A stretch of 64,000 nt of DNA. It comes from an uncultured Candidatus Solibacter sp. (GTDB taxonomy: Bacteria > Acidobacteriota > Terriglobia > Bryobacterales > Bryobacteraceae). The translations under genes and the position numbers were made by a program. Below the pieces are notes generated by a model. It was not told the DNA's origin. It searched no databases and worked only from the letters and a program-made list of their open reading frames with translations. This document shows positions 27,976 through 37,983 of this stretch, piece after piece. The number at the start of each line of letters is the position of its first letter. Position 1 is the first letter of the stretch. The DNA lies in contig CAYVDY010000001.1 of the NCBI GenBank assembly GCA_964450255.1, positions 11,039 through 75,038 on the forward strand, given 5' to 3'.

Positions 27976-29508
27976 TCACCAAGCTGCCGGGGAACTACGG
28001 AGAAAGACATAGACTTCCGCCGCCACGACGATTGCCAGCATCGTAACTCCGGCGGCCCACTCGATGACGAGCCTCCATTTCTTCCAGCGTTCCTCGGCTG
28101 GGGTCACCAGCACGGGAACGGCGACGAACAACGGGGGCTTGAAATACCACTGCACTTCCTTTTCCGTATGGAAGGAGCTGTCGCGGAGGTTCATGAGAAA
28201 CGCGAGAGCGAGCCCGAGCGCGATACCGGCACCGGCGGCACCGAGACTGATTTTGACTCGTTTTGGCCCGGAGGGCAGGGTAGGTAGAGTGGGCGGATCG
28301 ACCAGACGAAAGTTCTGGCCGGACTGTTGCTCCTCCAGATTAGCCGTCAACTGGGAGCGGAGCTGCTTGTTGAGCAGTTCTGTATAGTCCTGTTTGTATA
28401 GCTCGTAGTCGCGGAGCACGCCGGTGAGCTGCTGTTCCCTCATGGGAGTGAGTCTCAAACGACCCTGGTACTGGGTGATTTCGAGCCGGAGCCGCTGTTC
28501 CTCGCGGGTGAGGTTCTCCAGATCGATGCGGTTGGCCTCGACCTGCCCTTTGATCTGAGCGATCATCGGGTCGTCCACGCCAGCCTGGTCCTGGGTTTTG
28601 TCGATCGCCACCGTGCCGGTTTTGACTTCGGCGAGGAGATTCTGCAAGCGCTCAATCTCGGTATCCTTCCTGACGACCTCAGGGTGCTTGAGAGTGAAGC
28701 GGGCGAGCAGGGCGGATCGCTCGGATTGCAGGCGGGCTAGTGAACCATTGAGCGTGTACTCCAGCGAAGTGCGCTGCTGTTGCGCCCGGCTTTGATTGGC
28801 CGAGTTGTTTTGAAGCTGGATCCGTAGGTCGGTGAGCGTACTGAGGTTGGATTGCTCCTGTTGGGGTAGCTCGCTGAGGTTTTTGGCTTTGAAGTCGCTG
28901 AGTCGCTGTTCCTGCTCCGTGAGCCGCTGTTTGGCGGCCGCGAGTTGTTCGGCGAGGAACTTGGCCGTAGTCGAGGCCTGATTGCCTTGCACTTTCAGGT
29001 TCTCTTCGATGAAGATCTGGGTGAGGCGACTGGCGACCTCCTGGGCGAGGCGGGGATTGTCGGCCGTGAAGGCGACTTGAAAGGCCGTGAAGTCATTGCG
29101 TCCGGGGAGCTTATCGAGGGGCTCGACGGTGATATCCTCCCGTATCCGATCGGTGAGCTGGTCAGGCTGCGCCTTTCCCTTGAGCTTCGGATAGAGACCG
29201 AACGAATCGATGATTGCCAGCAGTCGAGGCCTGGAGAGGACCTCCCTAGTCATGGAATTGACCGCATCGGCGGGACTGATGGTGTTGGTCGGGTCAACGT
29301 ACCGTTGGGAGACCTGCTGCTGGACAACCACGAGCGTGGCCTCTGAGGTGTACTGATCGGGCAGATACATGACGACAGCGATAGCCACCAACGGGACAAG
29401 GAACGCGGGCCCAAAGATCCACCAGCGATGCCTGGCGACCATGCCAAGGAGCGGGCCGATCAGGTCGTCCGGAGTGCTTTCTCTTTCGCTAAAGTTGCCG
29501 TCATCCAT
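27976..29508 (-). CDS. Polysaccharide chain-length determinant (GumC/Wzc periplasmic part)
   Basis: Two TM helices flanking coiled coils; LPDQYTSEATL, KHPEV, FRLVDPPTLP. ATG at 29508 follows GGAG. Confidence 0.9.
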   Translation of the reverse strand: MDDGNFSERESTPDDLIGPLLGMVARHRWWIFGPAFLVPLVAIAVVMYLPDQYTSEATLVVVQQQVSQRYVDPTNTISPADAVNSMTREVLSRPRLLAIIDSFGLYPKLKGKAQPDQLTDRIREDITVEPLDKLPGRNDFTAFQVAFTADNPRLAQEVASRLTQIFIEENLKVQGNQASTTAKFLAEQLAAAKQRLTEQEQRLSDFKAKNLSELPQQEQSNLSTLTDLRIQLQNNSANQSRAQQQRTSLEYTLNGSLARLQSERSALLARFTLKHPEVVRKDTEIERLQNLLAEVKTGTVAIDKTQDQAGVDDPMIAQIKGQVEANRIDLENLTREEQRLRLEITQYQGRLRLTPMREQQLTGVLRDYELYKQDYTELLNKQLRSQLTANLEEQQSGQNFRLVDPPTLPTLPSGPKRVKISLGAAGAGIALGLALAFLMNLRDSSFHTEKEVQWYFKPPLFVAVPVLVTPAEERWKKWRLVIEWAAGVTMLAIVVAAEVYVFLRSSPAAW

Positions 29509-29721
29509 GTTGTGAACTCCAGGGGGCAGCGCCCGCACCAAGAATCTCATCGGCCAGTTTCCACCAGCCAACTGCGCCTGCATTGCCGAGTGCGAACTTG
29601 AGGGAACCCTTAAATCTCCAGAAACCGCCAAAGGCAGCAGGCAGCCACGCGGTCAGTTTTCCCATTTTGGCCTTACCGTGTTCAACGACGCAATCGGGAA
29701 GGACTGTGGAGAGCTTGTCCC

Positions 29722-30879
29722 TTAGACCCGCTTGCTCAGATAGGCGAATGCATCCAGGATGCCCTCGGCGGCCTTATCGTAGTTGAACTCCCTCACCGTC
29801 CGGCGGGCGCACTGAGAAAATGATTCCCACTTCGACTGGCTGGTGAGCAAGCCGCTTGCAGCCGAAACCCAAGCGTCCACCTCCAGAGGCAGGACATAGC
29901 CATTGTGATCGTGCAGGACCAACTCCCCAGCGGCGGCAGTCCATTCCGTCGTGATCACAGGTGTGCCAGCGATCATCGCTTCGTTGATGACCACGCCCCA
30001 GCAATCACCGCCAGTGGGGAGCAAGAGCAGGCGCCCCTGGGCGTAGTACTTCGGGAGATCTGCGTGCGGGATAAAACCGGCGAATTCGAAGGAGACACCG
30101 TGCTGCTCGAAAACTTCGCGCATCTGCGTTTTTAAAGCCTCTTCCCCGTCCCCGATCAAGAGCACGCGGCATTCTCCCAAGCGGGCTTTGATGCCGGCGC
30201 ACACCTCGGCAAAGAAGACAGGGTTCTTCACGTCCACGATGCGGCCGGCGAACATCACATCGAAAGTACGCGCCGCCTCTGGACCTGCGAGTTTGCTCTC
30301 GAAGTAGTCGTTGTCCGCCACCAGATGACTGAGAAAACACTGTTCGTCCTGAATGCGGTGGTTGTAGTGCCGGAACATCGCAAGCGTCTGGCGGCTTGCT
30401 CCGACAAATGCATCACCAAACCAGTTATAAACCAAGCTCCGGGCCCAACGTTGCACACGCCCAATGCCTTGATCCCGCCCGATCCAGCTATCATCCAGAA
30501 GGGCGACCTTCGTTCCAAGCAGCCGGCACAACGCCATTGCCAGCCAGCCACTGGGGTCTTTGATACAGGCAAAGACAAGGGCCACGCGCGGGCGTCGCGA
30601 GAGCAGGAATGGCACAATTCCCGGATTGAAGAAACGCTCGGTGCCACCTGTGGTCAGCGTGATGGCCTTTAATATCGTCTTTGGATGGCTTCCCATCTTG
30701 AAAGTCCAGAGCCGGCGACTCTCATTGTTCTTGAAGTAAACCACCTGAACGGCGCCGGCAAGCTTCTGGTAGACACGCTCGAAAACGGGTTCCCGCCAAG
30801 GTGTCGGGATGTCACTGACGATGGTGTAATCAATAGTTCCGGAGGGAACTTGTGCAGGTCGAGGAGTGGGATGGGTCAT
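29722..30879 (-). CDS. Glycosyltransferase family 4
   Basis: FAGRIVDVKN, WGVVINEAMIAGTPVI, ELVLHDHNGY. Confidence 0.88.
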   Translation of the reverse strand: MTHPTPRPAQVPSGTIDYTIVSDIPTPWREPVFERVYQKLAGAVQVVYFKNNESRRLWTFKMGSHPKTILKAITLTTGGTERFFNPGIVPFLLSRRPRVALVFACIKDPSGWLAMALCRLLGTKVALLDDSWIGRDQGIGRVQRWARSLVYNWFGDAFVGASRQTLAMFRHYNHRIQDEQCFLSHLVADNDYFESKLAGPEAARTFDVMFAGRIVDVKNPVFFAEVCAGIKARLGECRVLLIGDGEEALKTQMREVFEQHGVSFEFAGFIPHADLPKYYAQGRLLLLPTGGDCWGVVINEAMIAGTPVITTEWTAAAGELVLHDHNGYVLPLEVDAWVSAASGLLTSQSKWESFSQCARRTVREFNYDKAAEGILDAFAYLSKRV

Positions 30880-31058
30880 TCAGGGTGTCTTCGGGTTACG
30901 GATTATCTGCAGAATGAGAACTTATTGGTGGGTATTAGGAACACTAGAATTGCTGGTAAACAAATGGTACAGCATCTGATGGAACCAACGACGTCAGAGC
31001 TAACAGGAGGGTTGAATAGGCCATTACTCTAATTGGTACCGAAGACGTTGGAAGCTCT

Positions 31059-31665
31059 TCAATCAGGTGATCGTTCTCGACAAAGAGATGGCAGACTAGC
31101 TTGAAGGCCCAGTATCTCTGCGACCTTTCGCCGCACTCCCACTAATACTGCGTCAGCGTCGCCCGCTGTCGGAAACAGAAGGCCTACGTACTTCAACTCA
31201 AATTGGTTGAGGATGCGATGCGACAGCGCGGAATCCGCCTGAGAAGCCCAGAGATCTTCAATCGTCTGGGACAAAGCTGCGCACCTTGCCCGGTCCGGTG
31301 CTAGACGCATTTCATTGAGATCGTACATCGAGATTCCAATGATAGTAAGAATGGTGTGTGGTCTGCGCTGCTGAAAAATCTCCCAGATGTCGGGCAAGGA
31401 CCCGCCGACAGATCTCGATCCTCATACCAGTCCGTTCAGACACTTCCTTCCAGAGTAGACCCTATATCAGCAACGACGAACCGGCGCAGAACACCTGGGG
31501 CCCTGTTTCAGGCCCCGTCCGGCGATAATTTCCTGTACTTTGGGTCAGCCCCAACTCTCTCGGGAGGGTGAGCCACGAAAACAACAAGTAAGTTAGGGTA
31601 GAAGATAACACCACAGTGAGACACAACACGACAAAAAGGAGTCGACTGTGAGTACACATAGTCAT
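31059..31665 (-). pseudogene. Disrupted membrane-anchored SGNH-like protein
   Basis: Start overlaps the upstream stop (ATGA). TM anchor, then FCAGSSLLI, TAG stop at 31462, GLLWKEVSE, a frameshift into SVGGSLPDIWE, and an early end. Confidence 0.6.
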
Positions 31666-32756
31666 TGATGGAAGAGGCGGTCCATGATCGTGGCGGTCCG
31701 ACGAATCTCAGACAGCGGGATTGGATCGGGTCCACCTTCCCGTATGACACGATAAAACATCTCCATTAGTTTCCTCATCCCAAAGTCCATCTGGAACTCT
31801 TTCCGGGCGAACTGGCGCATGTTAACGAGTGTGTTGCGTGCCTGCTCACTGGCGTGGTCTAGCGGCGCGAGAAAATAGCGTAGGTAGCTCTTGTGATGTG
31901 ACGGCCGAGTGCGGATCACACTGCGATACGTGTTGTCGAGCGAGAGGTTTCCCGTTCTGCCAAAGAGGCGTAGTTCCTGGGATGCAGCGCCGAACTGGGT
32001 GGTAAACAAGAAAAAGGCAGTCGTTCCCCGTTCATCCCGAAGCACCGCTCGCACTTCATCCACGATTTCTGGGTGGTTGTGTTGGAGCAGGTAGGGACTG
32101 GAGAAACTGACTGATAGGAGCTCAGGCGAATCCCCTTCGAGGAACTCGGCGACCTTTGAAACCCCGTGGCTGATGAGATTCTGGAGAAGGGATCCAGGCA
32201 ATCGGCGGACCCAGTGGTTTGGATCGGCGAGCACAGCCTTGCCGTAGGTCGGGTCATCGTGAGAGTAGCACTGAATGCACTCCACGTGGACGGGCGGACC
32301 GCCCAAGAAGCCGTCGTTGACAAGTTGGCGTAAACGCAATGCTTCCGGGTTGAACTGGAGGTTGTGCCCAACCGTAATTCGCAGCCCGAGGTTCCTTGCC
32401 AATAGAAGCAATTCGTCCGCCTCGGCCGCGTTGACCGTGAAGGGCTTCTCCATGTAGACGTGGCAGCCGGCTTCTAGGCAAAGCCGGCCCAGAGGGAAGT
32501 GCGACTGAGCGGGCGTGGTGATGTGGACGGCGTCGATCGCCGTGGTGCGTAGCATCTCCTCGGCGCTCGCATAGACCTGCGGGACGCGGAAGCGGTCAGC
32601 GAGCTGACGAGCCATCATCTCGTCGGTGTCGCACGCCGCAACCAACTCGCACTCCGGCAGATACCGAAGTTGATCCGCATGCTGATCGGCGATCATGCCG
32701 CACCCAACGATAGCCACCCGGGTTCTTTTTAGTTCACGCATGTTTCTGATACTCAA
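31662..32756 (-). CDS. Gfo/Idh/MocA oxidoreductase
   Basis: VAIVGCGMIA, DAVHITTP, HVYMEKPF. Confidence 0.9.
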   Translation of the reverse strand: MSIRNMRELKRTRVAIVGCGMIADQHADQLRYLPECELVAACDTDEMMARQLADRFRVPQVYASAEEMLRTTAIDAVHITTPAQSHFPLGRLCLEAGCHVYMEKPFTVNAAEADELLLLARNLGLRITVGHNLQFNPEALRLRQLVNDGFLGGPPVHVECIQCYSHDDPTYGKAVLADPNHWVRRLPGSLLQNLISHGVSKVAEFLEGDSPELLSVSFSSPYLLQHNHPEIVDEVRAVLRDERGTTAFFLFTTQFGAASQELRLFGRTGNLSLDNTYRSVIRTRPSHHKSYLRYFLAPLDHASEQARNTLVNMRQFARKEFQMDFGMRKLMEMFYRVIREGGPDPIPLSEIRRTATIMDRLFHQ

Positions 32757-33804
32757 AGTAGTACTGTAACGCCGCCTGCATCGGTACGAGGCATTCCCAG
32801 CCCAGACGTTCTTTCAATTTGCGATTTGAGTAATCGTGTCCCTTCCAAGCAAACGCGCACATGCGGCGGTTGAACACAGGCGGCAGTTGGCCCTGCGACC
32901 GTTTAGCATACCGTTCCCACCAAGCGCAAAGGGCGTAAGCGATAGGATATGGAATCGGGACGGATATGAAGCTTCCAACCTGCCGTTTGTAAGCCCGGAG
33001 AAACGATCGACTTGTCGGCAATTGGTCGTCCACAATGTTGAACACTTCGCCTTCCACCCCGCGAACAAGGCCGGCGAGCACGATGGCATCCGCACAGTTT
33101 TCTACATACGTCAGTGGAAGGCGCCCCCCTCCGCCCAGATGCAGGAAGAAGCCAAATGTGTCGATGCCGACGAAGCCGGGGATCGCCTTCTTTCCCGGAC
33201 CGAACACAATTCCAGGCCGCACGATGGTGAACGGAAGGCCGAAACGTTCGTGATACTGCTGAACCAACTCGTCCTGCTTGAGCTTCCCGTATGCGTAACC
33301 ATCGTAGCGCTCATCCGGATTGTCCTCCAGCGGGCAAGTCTCATCCCAAACTGCTCCCCACTTGCTCTGGAATCTCGAGTAGACGGCAAACGAGCTTACG
33401 TTTACAAACCGTTTGATCCGCCCGTGATCGACCAGAGAATCTAAGATATTCCGGGTCGTGATGACGGACCCCTGGAAACAGGATGGGAAGGACTTACCTC
33501 GGCCCGCGACCAAATGATACACAAGTTCCACGTCAGCAGTCACTCTGCGGCAATCCTCTCGCGAAAGCAGATTGGCCTCCAGGATCTGACATCGATTCGC
33601 CAGTTCCTCCGGGATACCCGCCCGAAGCAGGGTGAGATCACTCGAGGGTCTGACAGAGCAAATCACCCGCTCAAAACCCAGGCGCAAAAGGGAGGCTACG
33701 ACCCTGGACCCAATAAATCCAGCGGCTCCAGTAACGAGCACGCGGACACCGCGATCGACACTCCACGCGCCAGCGACACCGCACTCCCGAAGAGTGGAAT
33801 TCAT
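32734..33804 (-). CDS. NAD-dependent epimerase/dehydratase (extended SDR)
   Basis: VLVTGAAGFIG, VSSFAVY, YAYGK (YxxxK), TYVENCADA. Confidence 0.9.
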   Translation of the reverse strand: MNSTLRECGVAGAWSVDRGVRVLVTGAAGFIGSRVVASLLRLGFERVICSVRPSSDLTLLRAGIPEELANRCQILEANLLSREDCRRVTADVELVYHLVAGRGKSFPSCFQGSVITTRNILDSLVDHGRIKRFVNVSSFAVYSRFQSKWGAVWDETCPLEDNPDERYDGYAYGKLKQDELVQQYHERFGLPFTIVRPGIVFGPGKKAIPGFVGIDTFGFFLHLGGGGRLPLTYVENCADAIVLAGLVRGVEGEVFNIVDDQLPTSRSFLRAYKRQVGSFISVPIPYPIAYALCAWWERYAKRSQGQLPPVFNRRMCAFAWKGHDYSNRKLKERLGWECLVPMQAALQYYFEYQKHA

Positions 33805-33989
33805 TGTAGAACCTCAGTAATGGAGTGGACGTTCAGGTGGGGCCCCGGTTTCCGGGCAGACAATACCGCACCGTGCTCGTCTTGGAAATAATCGAATTGA
33901 GCGCCGATGCAGACCTCAGCACGGACAGACCAAACCTAATCTAGCGCGTCGATCCGAGTCAGGCATAAGAACACCGAAGTTGATGTGCA

Positions 33990-35891
33990 TTAGCGAACAG
34001 TTGTCTGGAGGCTTGTGGGCGGCACTGGCAAAGTAGTTCCCGCCCCGAACTCGCTAGCGCCGTAATCAGGTGCTGCACCGACAAGCACCACCGCGCCATC
34101 CGACTTCTTATATAGCCAGATCTTCGCTCCGTTGCTCCAAGTCATTGGCGAGGCCAAGGTAATTGTGTTGCTGGCGTAATTGACGGAACTGATCCGCACC
34201 ACACTGCCGACCGTTCCGATTGAGATCCAGTCAGGAAAGAAGGTTATTCCCCGCGCCAAGTCGGAGCCCCACGTCCCATCCTGGAAGTACATGGCGTCGT
34301 CCACGATCAGGGTCGTGCTGCCACTGCCCGCGCCGTTGGCTTGGGTCAGATAGGTGCCGCCGTTAATGGCTGGCGATGCCGACTGTAGCCGTAAATCCGG
34401 CAAGACTAGACTTGTCGGGTCGGTAAGCAGCGGGTTTACAAAAGTCGGGTTTGAGGCTGTGTTGTTGGCGTATGTGTTCAGGCCGCCCGTGGTTACAATT
34501 GAATGCTCGGCCGCGTTGCCGTACACGATGTTGTTTTTGATCACATTACCTTTAGGCCGCAACTCCACGTCGTAGGTTGTGCCTTTATAGGTTGCCCAGC
34601 CTAGCGTCCTTGCGCCCGCCAACGCGCCCACAGCCCAGTACGTTTCCCACCCAGCGCTAACTCCTGGTTCTTTGTCGTCGGCGGTAATGTGAGCCTTGAT
34701 GCAGCGATAGGTAACAGAGTTGTGAGATACGTTGACAAAGTCCCATAAATTCATATAGATGCCGTATTTGAATTGAGAATCAATATCGACATCCCCAAAC
34801 CCGTTTGAAAATATGGTGTTGTTGTATATCCTGTTGTTGTCTGGCCGCTCCAAAACTTGATTCTTCAGGTATACCCCACTGGCCCCGTTTCCAAAAATAG
34901 TGTTGTAGCGCACGATCATGTCGTTACCAGAGTTTTCGATTCCATTCGCTCCATCGTCATCTGGCGGTGTTCCCCCAAACCCCAAGCGATTGCCTTCAAT
35001 CAAGTTTGAGTCTGTGTTTGTGTATCCAGATACAATCAGATTACGGTTGCCAAAATACCCGCTTGTCGGGCTGTTAATGCAGCCTCCACCAGCAGCAAAG
35101 TGCGATTCCTCGTTGTGAAACACGTTGTTTCGGACTGAATTATACCTACCGCCAAGGTCAACCAGGTCATGCCCACCGTAGCTAAACACATTGTCATCGA
35201 CAGTGTTATGGTAGGACTCGTCCTCTCCGCACTCAATAGTTGGATCAGCTGCTATTCTAATCGTCCCGTTGTCCGCACAGGAAGTGACATTCCCGTATTT
35301 TGTAAACGTGTTATGGTGAATCCAGTTATTGGTAGAGCCAGTACACCCAAGCCCCGCTGTGTTCGTTTGCGTGATTAATCCCACTGAGTAGTAGGCTGCG
35401 CTGGTAGTTTCAGCAAATATGCAGTTCGTGATTTCGTTGTGGTCCGCTCCATTCCCGAGATAGAAAAACGTGGCTGCTCCGGTGAAGTTAATTCCGCTGA
35501 TCTTGATGTAGTCTTTGGCTATCAACAGGATTGCCCAATGGGAGGCGGGGGCTACGTTGGGCGACTCGCCAGGAGCGGCTGAAAAATGTATCATCCTGCC
35601 GGATGTGCCGGAGTTGGTTGGGTTGATAACGCCTAAACCGGTTAACGTGGAATACGTTCCCGCTCGCAGATAGATCGTATCTCCAGCCACAGCATTAACA
35701 TTGGCTCTAGCCATAGAGCAGGCCGCCGTGCTCGCGAGCGGTGACGCACTAGCGCAGTTGGCCCACGTGGCCGCGCCAGTCGGGCTTACCCAGTAGGTAG
35801 CAGCAAAGGCGGAATCGGACAGCCCTAGACAGCTGAAGAGAACCAGCATCACGAATGCCCGCATCGTAGTTAAATCAGGCGCGATGGCCAT
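33990..35891 (-). CDS. Secreted right-handed parallel beta-helix protein (polysaccharide lyase/hydrolase-like)
   Basis: Signal peptide; TYWVSPTG; AGDTIYLRAGTY; Asn-rich coils; DLRLQSASPAINGG; APDYGASE. Confidence 0.8.
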   Translation of the reverse strand: MAIAPDLTTMRAFVMLVLFSCLGLSDSAFAATYWVSPTGAATWANCASASPLASTAACSMARANVNAVAGDTIYLRAGTYSTLTGLGVINPTNSGTSGRMIHFSAAPGESPNVAPASHWAILLIAKDYIKISGINFTGAATFFYLGNGADHNEITNCIFAETTSAAYYSVGLITQTNTAGLGCTGSTNNWIHHNTFTKYGNVTSCADNGTIRIAADPTIECGEDESYHNTVDDNVFSYGGHDLVDLGGRYNSVRNNVFHNEESHFAAGGGCINSPTSGYFGNRNLIVSGYTNTDSNLIEGNRLGFGGTPPDDDGANGIENSGNDMIVRYNTIFGNGASGVYLKNQVLERPDNNRIYNNTIFSNGFGDVDIDSQFKYGIYMNLWDFVNVSHNSVTYRCIKAHITADDKEPGVSAGWETYWAVGALAGARTLGWATYKGTTYDVELRPKGNVIKNNIVYGNAAEHSIVTTGGLNTYANNTASNPTFVNPLLTDPTSLVLPDLRLQSASPAINGGTYLTQANGAGSGSTTLIVDDAMYFQDGTWGSDLARGITFFPDWISIGTVGSVVRISSVNYASNTITLASPMTWSNGAKIWLYKKSDGAVVLVGAAPDYGASEFGAGTTLPVPPTSLQTTVR

Positions 35892-36427
35892 ATGCCTCCA
35901 GCTTACTCTCTATTCTGCACGGCCGTCGGGTCCTGCAGGCGATGCCGACGAATTCTCCTTCTCAGAGTCCGCTGCCGTGCTACCAATGTATATCGGAGGA
36001 ACCGCAGGAGCACTTTAGCTTAGGTCAGTTGACCAGACGTGAAGATGATGTTGGATCATGAGGTATGTCCGGTCTTCGCCGGTCCTAGTGATGGGCTACG
36101 GCGCTCGGACCGCAGCCCCTATGCGCCATCCGACCGAAGACAAACTCGGGAGCAGCAGCCTAGATTCGAGCGCCGACGATATCCGCAACAGAGACTGCCA
36201 TCTTTCGATGATCCCGATGTAGGTGCCGCGGGTTGGCCGCAACGTCTGATTGCGAGCCGCAGGAAGGGTGAGCTCAACCTCACTTAAGTCGTGAAGTCTA
36301 CGCCCAGTTCCGCCTCAATGCGGGTGACGATTTCGCGTGCGTGCCCGCCATCGTAGTTCTCAATGACCACGGGCGAGTATTCGAGCAGGCCACCGGTCTC
36401 CTGAAAGGCAGATTACGCAGTAACCGC

Positions 36428-37795
36428 TCATGCAACTCGTTGCGGCGCTACGTGGAGAGGCCGACCGAAATATGATCGGCGGATGGCCCGGGTGGATTCA
36501 AATGGCACTACCATTGATGCTATCGTCATCGTTGCGGTCATTTGCTCCGCGAGACTATCCAGGGCTGACTCAGTCACGTTGTAGACTAAGACCATGAGCA
36601 GAATACTAATTGCCAAACTGGCCCACTCGTAATCTCGCACTAGGGCTCTGAAGAGTTTGCTGGCACATGACAAAAGCCACACAGTGTAGGACGCAAGCCC
36701 CACTGCACCGAGTTGCAGCAAAACGTCGAGATAGCCGTTGTGCGCGAAGCTCATTTCGTAAAAGTCCCGCCTGGCGGTAGTCCAAAAACTTCCGAACCCT
36801 ATCCCGAGAAATGGGTTTTGCTGAAATACCGGCACCAATGCCGCCCAAGTTCCCGTGCGGCCAGTTAGCGTCTCGTCACGGCCAAGAACAGAAGTGGCAA
36901 AGGCGACATTCGAGCCCCCCAGGAAGGGTGCTGACACACCCATGCCGACCAAGAGCATCACGAGGACCAGCAGGGCTGCCTGCGGGACGGGGAGTCTGAG
37001 TTTCCGAATCAAGAGCAAGCCCAAAAAGGAGGCAATGCCCACTGCAAGGGTGGCGATGGAGGATGCAGAGTAGGAATCATCACCCCGCAGGAGAAAAAGG
37101 GCAATCACGAGAATCGAAACGTCGGCCCATGTGGGGAAACGTCCGCCCCCCGGCGCAGTGCCGCACCAACGACGCCATAGCGCCCAAAACAGGAAAAGGA
37201 TGGCCATCATACACACCCGACCCAGCATGTTCTTTTGAACCGTGACCCCGATCCACATTCCTTTCCCGGACCAGCGTGCATACTCGCGTCCCAGGGTCGG
37301 ATAGTACATTATCAATGTGAGCGAAAACGGGATGAAGATGTACGCGGTCCGGCGCAGGAGACCCTCCAGCGCCTGCTTAGGATTAGCCTCGGTCAAGATG
37401 ACCAAGGCCATGATCACGACAATCAACTCACGCGCCCACCGCCTGAGCGCAATCAGAGTGATGTCGGACCATAAAGTACTGACAAGCATGTAGGTTAACA
37501 GAACCAGCAGCCATGCGTGTTGGCGCAAGACGATCGACCATTTGAGCCTACGGCGGGCAAGCACAACCATGCCTCCGACCATCAGGCCAGCGAGCGCCAA
37601 TTGGTCCAGTATGCTGCCGGATTCGTTGCTACCTGTCATATTGAACCATATGGCCAACGGTTTGCTCGATGTTGTCAGCATCCACAGTGTGGGAATCCAC
37701 AGCGCGGCCGAGACTCCGGGCGAAGTTCGCCGTTCCAGCACGAGGATGAACAGCACAAAAGCGGTGCATAAGAGGAGTGCTAACGTAGGAGGCAT
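36428..37795 (-). CDS. O-antigen ligase/Wzy polymerase family membrane protein
   Basis: Multiple TM helices; QKNMLG, TLTGRTGTW, PFLGIGFGSFW, AHNGYLDVLLQLG. Confidence 0.88.
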   Translation of the reverse strand: MPPTLALLLCTAFVLFILVLERRTSPGVSAALWIPTLWMLTTSSKPLAIWFNMTGSNESGSILDQLALAGLMVGGMVVLARRRLKWSIVLRQHAWLLVLLTYMLVSTLWSDITLIALRRWARELIVVIMALVILTEANPKQALEGLLRRTAYIFIPFSLTLIMYYPTLGREYARWSGKGMWIGVTVQKNMLGRVCMMAILFLFWALWRRWCGTAPGGGRFPTWADVSILVIALFLLRGDDSYSASSIATLAVGIASFLGLLLIRKLRLPVPQAALLVLVMLLVGMGVSAPFLGGSNVAFATSVLGRDETLTGRTGTWAALVPVFQQNPFLGIGFGSFWTTARRDFYEMSFAHNGYLDVLLQLGAVGLASYTVWLLSCASKLFRALVRDYEWASLAISILLMVLVYNVTESALDSLAEQMTATMTIASMVVPFESTRAIRRSYFGRPLHVAPQRVA

Positions 37796-37983
37796 AGGCT
37801 TGTGCGGCGGGTGTCCGACTGGTTCAACGAGGTTCAAGGATCACGAGTGGAATGGCCTGCGGCTGCCATCTATGCAGTGAATCGGGAGTGGTAATGACGG
37901 CCACGTTGTTGAGTTGGAAAGTCGAGAGGAATCAGGGCGGACGGTGTCACGCTGCAGGGATCTTTTGCCACTTGAGATCGGTC

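Noticed and set aside
27675..28010. 111-aa ORF between the Wzc halves
   Set aside because: It spans the direct repeats and shows no protein features; more likely non-coding.
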